Positions 53,086 to 60,399 of a DNA stretch of 64,000 nucleotides are shown here, piece after piece (within the stretch, counting starts at the first letter, position 1; the number at the start of each line of letters is the position of its first letter). The DNA is from an uncultured Alphaproteobacteria bacterium (GTDB lineage Bacteria; Pseudomonadota; Alphaproteobacteria; Caulobacterales; Caulobacteraceae): assembly GCA_963719975.1 (NCBI GenBank), contig CAVRED010000010.1, forward strand, positions 9,423 through 73,422, in the 5' to 3' direction. A program made the position numbers and the translations under genes. A model generated the notes under the pieces. That model ran no database searches and was not told the origin of the DNA. It saw only the letters and a list, made by a program, of their open reading frames with translations.

Positions 53086-53406
53086 ATGACGATATCGGAC
53101 AAGCCTGACCAGTCTGGGACCGCTGTCGTGAGCCTCGTTCGCGCCGCAGAGCGGGTCGCGGACCGGATTAATCGCCTCCAATGGGAAGCGAGAGTGTTGG
53201 CGGCCGAGAACGCCGAAGGGTTCGCCGCCGATATGCACGCGATGGCCGCCCGTGCGCTTGAGATCGCCGGCGGCGGTGACGCATACCCTCCTGGTGTCCG
53301 CGACCTAGCGGCGCGAGTGGCTGCAGGCCTTGAGACAAATGGCAAGTCAATGCAGGCAATTCTGCGTCAGGTCGGCCCCGCGCGCATGACGGCCGGGGGC
53401 AGCTAA
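53086..53406 (+). CDS. Helical hypothetical protein
   Basis: GGAG RBS; VADRINRLQWEARVLAAE...EIAGGGDAYPPGVRDLAAR. Confidence 0.7.
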   Translation: MTISDKPDQSGTAVVSLVRAAERVADRINRLQWEARVLAAENAEGFAADMHAMAARALEIAGGGDAYPPGVRDLAARVAAGLETNGKSMQAILRQVGPARMTAGGS

Positions 53407-54060
53407 GGGCGTCTCGGCCGCCGGGGTAGGATATCCAGTCCGGCTTGCAGTTGAGAGGCGCGAGGCGGGCCCGCCTGAATAGCGTGAAGGCTCCGCGGAC
53501 GATCCACGGAGCCTTCGGGCTCGCTTCGCACGTTCGGTCACCATTTGGGGGAATGGATAACCGGAAGAGACGTTGCACGTTAAGAGTCGCCGCGGCTACC
53601 CCACGCAACCGGCAGGCGATCTCCCGCTAGGGGCTCATCGCAAGAGCATGAGCAACCACGCCATCCTCGCCCGCGTCGGAGACAAGCTCCGAATGCGTCC
53701 GCCCTCGGATCGCCCGCGGTGTGTTGTATCGTTGAGCTCGTGGCCCGGACGCCGCCTTATGCCGCCCGTGCGGCGCCCGCTAGCCACGCCTTCATGCGCG
53801 AGCACTGCGTTGGGTGTGCCGCGCGCTCGACGCAGACGGGCGGCACGAAGCCGCCGAACGTTATCTTCTCGCCGACCTTGTTGCCCACCACGCCGCATCG
53901 AGGGCACCTGATTTCTTCTTCGTCCATCCGTCTACCCGTCCCGGTGGTCGGCGCCAGACGAGCACTGATTCGATCAGGCTGACTAGCACTGAGCGGCCTG
54001 GTCGGCCGGAGGTCGTCTTCCGCTCGTTAGCGGACGTCAACAACCCGACGAGGGCCGAGG

Positions 54061-54453
54061 CTACGCCTCGGCCACCGGCCCGAGTGACGCCGGCCCTGCA
54101 GCGTCCGCTGGCAGCAGCGTAACCGTCGTTGCCGGCTGCTCAGTGACGCTGCGCATCACGTCCCGCGTCAGGCTCCACCGCCTGGAGCCTTCGCCGAACG
54201 GCAAATGGAATAGCGCCGGCCGTCCCTTGCGCGCCATTGCGGCGCAATAACGACTGAAGGCCTCCAGCAGCTCGCGTCTCAGACCCTCCGAGGCCGCCAT
54301 TTGGCCTCGTCGGATGGCCACCCGATCGATCACCGCATCGCGATGCGCCGAGCCGCCCATTTCGAGCAACGCGTCGGCGATTTCCGCAACGGCGCTCTTC
54401 GCCGCCCCACTCTTTGTACTCCTTGCACCAGCAACCTCGTCGAGCAGCGTCAT
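54061..54453 (-). CDS. Putative winged-HTH hypothetical protein
   Basis: GGGAG RBS; EIADALLEMGGSAHRDAVIDRV...LFHLPFGEGSRRWSL. Confidence 0.65.
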   Translation of the reverse strand: MTLLDEVAGARSTKSGAAKSAVAEIADALLEMGGSAHRDAVIDRVAIRRGQMAASEGLRRELLEAFSRYCAAMARKGRPALFHLPFGEGSRRWSLTRDVMRSVTEQPATTVTLLPADAAGPASLGPVAEA

Positions 54454-54534
54454 GGTCAGACGTCTCCCCTTTCTGGCGCCCCCTTGAAGTGCACGCGAAC
54501 TGAAATGCCCCGCGCACATCAAGCGGCAAGGCCG

Positions 54535-54550
54535 TTAGCAATTCGTTAAC
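54535..54550. promoter_or_regulatory. CtrA box-like site
   Basis: TTAG-caattcg-TTAAC about 80 bp upstream of 54061..54453. Confidence 0.6.
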
Positions 54551-54610
54551 GTTAATGGGCGCCGGCCAGCGGCCAGCGCAGCGGCCGAACTCCGCGTGGA
54601 TCTCACCGGT

Positions 54611-55171
54611 TCAGCCGCCGGCCCGCCCTGTCATGTGGGCGATCCCCAGTTTCCACATCTCAGCCTGGTTCTCGTGCGGCGGGTCGCGGACGGGTGTTTC
54701 GGCGATGAGCTTGTCGACGAACGCGGCGAACTCGGGGCCGGTGGAGTCGCGCCAAAGACTCCAGGCGAGGCGGAAGCCGGCGTTCTGCATCGTCGCGCGG
54801 AAGGAGGCGAGGAAGGCGCCATAGGCGCCTGAGTCCACCAGCCCGTTGCGGTTCTGGTAGAAGGTGTCCTCCGTGTTCATGAAGAGGGCGCGGGCATAGA
54901 AGGTGAACTGGGTAAGTTCGTTGAGCGTGAGGTCGGCGGCGCCGGTCATCGCCTTCATGGTGGCGGCGGCCAGCGACGGGTTGGTGGTGCTGAGCATCAT
55001 CTCCACCCCGCGGTCGGCGCGGGTCTGGGCGATGGTGGCGCGTTGATTGCGCTCGGCCTGATTGATCTGAGCGCCGAGCTGGCGCAGCTGGAAGTAGAGA
55101 AAAACCAGCGAGACCAGAACGGCCGCGCCGTTGACGAAGCTGCCGATGGACGCGAGATCGGTGAGCGACAT
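54611..55171 (-). CDS. N-terminal TM hypothetical protein (DUF4760-like)
   Basis: MSLTDLASIGSFVNGAAVLVSLVFLYFQLRQ...W...R...GPEFAAFVD. Confidence 0.7.
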   Translation of the reverse strand: MSLTDLASIGSFVNGAAVLVSLVFLYFQLRQLGAQINQAERNQRATIAQTRADRGVEMMLSTTNPSLAAATMKAMTGAADLTLNELTQFTFYARALFMNTEDTFYQNRNGLVDSGAYGAFLASFRATMQNAGFRLAWSLWRDSTGPEFAAFVDKLIAETPVRDPPHENQAEMWKLGIAHMTGRAGG

Positions 55172-55259
55172 GGGTTAGCCTCCCCCAAGCGTTAAGGCGC
55201 CTCCGGCGGCGCGACGCCGACCCTAACCCGTCGCCGGCATTTTCAGAGCCCGTTCTCGT

Positions 55260-55967
55260 CTAGGCGCCCAGGACATCGGCGAGCGCGATGAAATCATCAA
55301 CTTCGAAGTCGAACGTCCCCGGCGCCGGTCGGCGGGGCTCCCGGCCGGGGCCGCGCTCCAGCGGACGGTGGACGTAGGCGGTGCGGAAGCCGCGGGAAGC
55401 GGCGGCCGCGAGGTCGGACGGGTGCGCGGCCACCATCAGGCACTCGGGGGCTGCGAGGCGCAGGATACGCGCGGCTGCATCGTAGGCCTCGGGCTGGGGC
55501 TTGTAGGCGCCGGCGACCTCAGCGCCGAGGATTGCGTCCCAGGGCAGGCCCGCGTGGCGGGCCATGTCGACGATCAGCCGCACGTTGCCGTTGGAGAGGC
55601 TGGCGAGGATGAAGCGGCGCTTTAGGCGCCCCATGCCCTCGCGCACGTCCGGCCAGGGATCAAGCCGATGCCACGCGAGGTTCAACGCGTCGATCTCAGC
55701 TTCGGACAAGCCAACAACGCCCGCCGCTGTCAGCACCTCAATGAGGTTCTCGCGGTGAAGTTCGTCGAGAATGACGAACGGCCGCTCGCCGCGGGAGACC
55801 TTGGCCATCGCCGGGACGTAACGCGCACGCCAGGCGTCGGCGAAGGCGCCCCAATCGAGCGCGTGCCCCTTCGGCCCGAGGAGAGCCTCGGCCTCGCCCG
55901 CGACGCCCGTCCGCCAGTCCACCACCGTGCCGAAAACGTCGAAGGTCAGCGCTTTGATCTCGGCCAT
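55260..55967 (-). CDS. Haloacid dehalogenase type II
   Basis: FDVFGTVVDWR, LSNGN, YKPQPEAY, MVAAHPSDL. Confidence 0.92.
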   Translation of the reverse strand: MAEIKALTFDVFGTVVDWRTGVAGEAEALLGPKGHALDWGAFADAWRARYVPAMAKVSRGERPFVILDELHRENLIEVLTAAGVVGLSEAEIDALNLAWHRLDPWPDVREGMGRLKRRFILASLSNGNVRLIVDMARHAGLPWDAILGAEVAGAYKPQPEAYDAAARILRLAAPECLMVAAHPSDLAAAASRGFRTAYVHRPLERGPGREPRRPAPGTFDFEVDDFIALADVLGA

Positions 55968-56099
55968 GGCGGCCGATGTATCAGCTTCAGGACGCAGGCT
56001 GAACGTCGGTGAACTGCGCGGCGCGTCGCTGGAGAGAGAGGTCGTTGGCCAACGGCGGTCGCGTCTTGACGTGGGCGCGCCCACGCTTCGTCCCATAAG

Positions 56100-57200
56100 C
56101 TAGTCCGCGCTGACTCGCGGACTCGCTTGGGCAAGCTTTGCAGGGCGAAGGCGATGCGCGTGCGCCGCATGGGCTTCGAGCTCATGGATCTCCCAGAGCT
56201 CGTTGCGCGTGAAGTGCAGGTGCGGGTTCAGAACCATGAGCGCGCTCTTGCCGATGCGGCGCTCCAGCGCATGCAGCTCGGCGAGCTGTTGGCGCACCTC
56301 GGGCGAGATCGGTACGCTCCGGCCCTCCTCGCGGTCGATCAGGTCGGCCTCGGCCCTGGCGACCAGCCAGGTGTGGACCTGGATGTAGCGGAACATGTCG
56401 GCGCCGACGCCCGGAGGGTACTGCCGGCCAAGCGCCGCGACGAAGCGTCCGGCGGGGCTGTCGGCCAGCCGGCCGGCGCTGATGTCGTCCAGCATGTGCT
56501 GGTGGCTCTCGAATTCGGTGAGGAGCCAGCGGTGCGCGGCGTGCTCGCTGCGGATGAAGATGAAGAAGAGGATCAGCGGCACGAGGAACAGGGTCAGCGT
56601 CATGCCGATGATCGGGTCGGGCGCGAACTGGTTGAAGGTCCCGTGCACGACGATCGCCGCCGCCAGGCCCGGTAGGAACATCAACGCCTCGAACCTGTGC
56701 CGCTGTGCTTCGATCCGGGCGTAACGTTCGGTGAGCAATTGGCCCAGAACGGCGAACAGCGCGGTGCAGCCGGCGTGCATCAGCGCGGTGCCGAAGCCGC
56801 GGACCAGCCAGACGCCGACGGTCGCGTGGGTGAAGACGCTCAGGTAGATCCCGTTCTCGACCACCGAGAAGCCGGCCCCGACCGCGACGCCGGCGATGGC
56901 CGCGTCGATCATGAAGCCGATGCGGTTGCGCGCGAACAGCACGAGAATCAGCGCGGCCTTGAGCGTCTCCTCGATCGGCGGCGCAACGAAGCGGCTGAAG
57001 GGAGAAAAGCCGATCGGCAGCGTGTCGAGGAACTGGCCGTTGACGAAGTAGCTGGCCACGGCCAGAGCGCCGCCGCCGGCGAGCAGCCCGGCAATCTGCC
57101 GCCAGGACACAAGCTTGAACGCGTCGAGCCATACGAAGGCGGCCAGCATCACCAGCACCGGCCCGATCGCCACCGCCGACTTGATGACGATCAGCTCCAA
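56100..57200 (-). CDS. PrsW-family glutamic intramembrane protease with C-terminal soluble extension
   Basis: APPIEETLKA (EE), GAGFSVVEN, MHAGCTA, VHGTFN; AGGAG RBS plus TTG start. Confidence 0.88.
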   Translation of the reverse strand: MELIVIKSAVAIGPVLVMLAAFVWLDAFKLVSWRQIAGLLAGGGALAVASYFVNGQFLDTLPIGFSPFSRFVAPPIEETLKAALILVLFARNRIGFMIDAAIAGVAVGAGFSVVENGIYLSVFTHATVGVWLVRGFGTALMHAGCTALFAVLGQLLTERYARIEAQRHRFEALMFLPGLAAAIVVHGTFNQFAPDPIIGMTLTLFLVPLILFFIFIRSEHAAHRWLLTEFESHQHMLDDISAGRLADSPAGRFVAALGRQYPPGVGADMFRYIQVHTWLVARAEADLIDREEGRSVPISPEVRQQLAELHALERRIGKSALMVLNPHLHFTRNELWEIHELEAHAAHAHRLRPAKLAQASPRVSAD

Positions 57201-57215
57201 CGCCGGCGGTCTCCT

Positions 57216-60200
57216 CTATTGCGGAGTTTGGGACCCAAGGATCTTGAGCGAGGCCATGACCTCGCTTCTCTGGCGCCCGTTCGGCTCGAACCCTGAGGCG
57301 TAGCCGACCGAGAACGTCATCGGAAGCTTGAAGGCGGCGGTGAAGTTGAAATCCAGCTGCCCGCCCACGCTCTCGAACGTCTGCGCCCGCCCGCTCGGCG
57401 GCCCGGCTTCGAGCACGCCCGCGAACACCGCCGGGCGCACGGCCCACAGGTAGAGATTGGGCCTGCCGACGTCGGCGAACCGGATGGGCGGCAGGTTCCA
57501 CTCGGCCAGCGACTTGGCGAACCAGCGCGCGGCGATCTGGTCGATGGCGAAGCCTGGGAAGCTGTCGAATTGGCGATAGCGCTTGGCCTCGCCGTCATCG
57601 ACCCAGTTGTTGCCGAATGCGCCGAGATAGAAGGCGCCAAGTGGATTGAGCGGATCGCCGCCCGACGCGCCGACGGCGCTGTAGAGCCAGACCGAGGAAT
57701 GCTTCCAGGCCGTCGGGGCCCCGAAGTCGAGCTCCGCCCGCGCCTGCGGGAAGTCCTGCCGCGCGGCGCGGTCGTCCTCGAAGGCGAGCTTCCAGCGAAC
57801 GCCGCGCTCGTAGTCGACCGCGCCCAGCGACTTGTCCTCGTCGGCGTAGGTGAGGGAAACCTTGAGCGTGTCGATGTCGCTGTCGGCGAGCGCCGGAACG
57901 TTCTGGGCGCCCGGCAAGGCGTCCAGCCCGCGGTAGGCGGCCGCCTCGACCGCGAGGTCGAGTTGGCGAGGCGGATCGTAGATGAAGGGATGCTTGTAGC
58001 CGACGATGAAGGCGTCGCCCTTGCGGCTGCGGTCGACCGGCCCGAACAGGTCGTAGAAGTTCGCCTCGTTGTGCCAGTAGCGGAAGTCCCACGCCAAGGT
58101 CTTGAACTCGACGTCGGCGTGCCACTGCTGAGCGGGCGGCAGGACGTTGGACGGCGAATAGGCGATCGTCGCAATGAGCTGATTGAGCTCCAGCGGATCC
58201 TCGATGATCGCATGCCAGCCGAAGGCGACCCGGTGCTGGTAGCCTTCAACCACGGGGTAGCTCGCCCCGAGGCGCATCTCCTCGAGGGGCACGTATTTGC
58301 CGCGCTGGGTGACCATCTCGTCGAGCGGGATCTTGGCGGGTGAGCCGACGCCCCAGGTCTTCACCACCGGATGCGCCTCGGCGACCTCGGCGCCCAGGAA
58401 CTTGATCGAGCCGAGATCCTCGAGCGGCCGGGGGTCGAAGCTGACCGGCGCGAAACCCTGACCGGTGTACTCGAACGCGATCAGCGAACCGTCGGCGCGC
58501 GGAATCGGGCGGAACAGGCCCGTGACCGCGTTGCTCACCGCCTCGACCTTCTGCGTCGCCAGCTCGAACCGGTAGATGTTCGAGACGCCCGTGTAGTAGG
58601 CGCTGCCGTACAGAAAGCGCCCGTCGGGCGAGAAGACGAAGCCCTCTGGCGTCGCCTGCCCGAGGCGGAGCTCGGCGATGGCCTTCGGCTCCGCGTCTGG
58701 CGTGAGCTCGTCCAGGCGGTAGACCCGCACCGATTGGTCGGCGTTGATCTCGCCAAACGAGGTCGATAGCAGCGTCCCGTCCGGCGAGATGTCGAGGTCG
58801 AACAGGACCTGGCCGTACTTGAACGTGTGGACCTGGGTCCACGACGTGTAGGGCGGGTCCATGCGCACCAGCGTCACCAGGCCGTTGAGGTGCCTCAGAC
58901 CCCAGAGAGTGCGGTCCCTGGGGTTGAACGCCAGATCGCCGATGCGTCCATGCGCGATCAGGAGCTCAGTCTTGCCGGTGGCGACGTCCAGCTGCATCAG
59001 GTTGCGGTAGGCGTCGGTGTCGGTCGTGTACCAGGCGGTGCGTGTCTTCGGATCGTAGGCGAGCGACGTCACCCGGTAGAGCGTCGGCCCCTGGATGTCG
59101 GCGAGGTGGCGGATCGTGCCGGTCGCCAGCGACATCTCGCCAATGTGGGCGATCACCCCGGGGTAGCGGAACCCGCCGATCAGGGTGTTGGTCTCAGGGT
59201 CGTAGAACGAGCGCGAAACCGACCCCAGTGCGGCCGGCGACAGGCGGTGGGTCTCGGTGGTCGGGTAGGCTTCGACCGAAGCCAGGTTCGCGCGCTGGAA
59301 GTCGTGCTCCCAGGCGATCCATTGCCGCCACACGTCGTCCAGCGGCGCGCCGAACACGCGCTTGAATTGCGAAGCGTAGTAGCCGGCGCTGCCGTCGTCG
59401 CGCCGGAGCCACGCGATCACCTTTTCCGGCGAGCGGGTGAGCGCGAGGTAGCTCATGAACCGGGTGCCGTAGAGGTAGTCGTTGACGCCCACTTGGAAGT
59501 CGATCTGGGTGCCCTCGGACTCAAGACCGAGCGGCGAGAAGAAGCGGGCGTTGTCACGCACCATGGCGCGGAACACCATCTCATCGTAGGCGCCTTGGGC
59601 GCGGCCGTAGCCGCCGGCCATCCAGGTCTCCATGAAGACGGCGCTGCCCTCGAGGTACCAGCGGGGCGTGGTCGCCCTCGGCGCCGCCAGGTAGCTGTAG
59701 AGGATGCTCTCGGGGTCGTCCTCGACCGGCGCGGGCTTGCCGCCGAAGAACCGTCGCCAGCGCGCGTCCGAGGCGTCCCAGACGTCCATGGTGGCGACGT
59801 GCGTGAGCTCGTGGTTCGAGAGCGTGAAGAAGCGCTCGCCCGGGCTCAGGGTCTCGAACACCTGGCTCAAAGGCGAGATCTCGAGCAGCAGGGTGTTGTT
59901 GGGCACAGCCCTCGCGCCGGCGTTTCCGTAGTCGGCGAAGTCCTTCAAGAGCACCGTCGTGCGCTGCCACGGCCGCCAGCCGAACATGCGCTCCTGGAAC
60001 TGCATCGAGTTCTCGAGGGCGCGCCCGACGTAAGGCGTGAGGTACGTCTCCGCAGGCGCGAAGTAGAGCAGGCTCAAGTCGCGCGTGCGGATGAGGTCGA
60101 GGTCGATCTCCGGCTTCGGCCAAAGGGGGACGTGCGCCTGAGGCTGCTGCGGCGCGGCGGGCGCTGGCGGGTTCGGCCCGGCAGGCTCGCCGCTCGGCGG

Positions 60201-60341
60201 CGGGCTCTGCGGGATCACCACGGTGGGCACAGGCGGCCCGGTTGGCTCGAGTTGCGCAAGGACGATGGGCCTGGCCGCCGTCCGCGTCGACGCAGCCGCG
60301 ACGGCTGCCGGCGGATCAGCCGGGGCTGGCCCAACATCCAT
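57216..60341 (-). CDS. Large protein: HExxH zinc peptidase domain, beta-propeller and probable outer-membrane beta-barrel
   Basis: NHELTHV plus PRWYLEGSAV; LAYDPKTR, LAFNPRDR, LDISPDG and FVFSPDGRFLY propeller blades; alternating aromatic strands to the C-terminus. Confidence 0.8.
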   Translation of the reverse strand: MDVGPAPADPPAAVAAASTRTAARPIVLAQLEPTGPPVPTVVIPQSPPPSGEPAGPNPPAPAAPQQPQAHVPLWPKPEIDLDLIRTRDLSLLYFAPAETYLTPYVGRALENSMQFQERMFGWRPWQRTTVLLKDFADYGNAGARAVPNNTLLLEISPLSQVFETLSPGERFFTLSNHELTHVATMDVWDASDARWRRFFGGKPAPVEDDPESILYSYLAAPRATTPRWYLEGSAVFMETWMAGGYGRAQGAYDEMVFRAMVRDNARFFSPLGLESEGTQIDFQVGVNDYLYGTRFMSYLALTRSPEKVIAWLRRDDGSAGYYASQFKRVFGAPLDDVWRQWIAWEHDFQRANLASVEAYPTTETHRLSPAALGSVSRSFYDPETNTLIGGFRYPGVIAHIGEMSLATGTIRHLADIQGPTLYRVTSLAYDPKTRTAWYTTDTDAYRNLMQLDVATGKTELLIAHGRIGDLAFNPRDRTLWGLRHLNGLVTLVRMDPPYTSWTQVHTFKYGQVLFDLDISPDGTLLSTSFGEINADQSVRVYRLDELTPDAEPKAIAELRLGQATPEGFVFSPDGRFLYGSAYYTGVSNIYRFELATQKVEAVSNAVTGLFRPIPRADGSLIAFEYTGQGFAPVSFDPRPLEDLGSIKFLGAEVAEAHPVVKTWGVGSPAKIPLDEMVTQRGKYVPLEEMRLGASYPVVEGYQHRVAFGWHAIIEDPLELNQLIATIAYSPSNVLPPAQQWHADVEFKTLAWDFRYWHNEANFYDLFGPVDRSRKGDAFIVGYKHPFIYDPPRQLDLAVEAAAYRGLDALPGAQNVPALADSDIDTLKVSLTYADEDKSLGAVDYERGVRWKLAFEDDRAARQDFPQARAELDFGAPTAWKHSSVWLYSAVGASGGDPLNPLGAFYLGAFGNNWVDDGEAKRYRQFDSFPGFAIDQIAARWFAKSLAEWNLPPIRFADVGRPNLYLWAVRPAVFAGVLEAGPPSGRAQTFESVGGQLDFNFTAAFKLPMTFSVGYASGFEPNGRQRSEVMASLKILGSQTPQ

Positions 60342-60399
60342 CAAATCAACCCCCTCCGGCGCCTCACGCTTGGCGCCGCCCCGCAAAGCACGCGCGACG

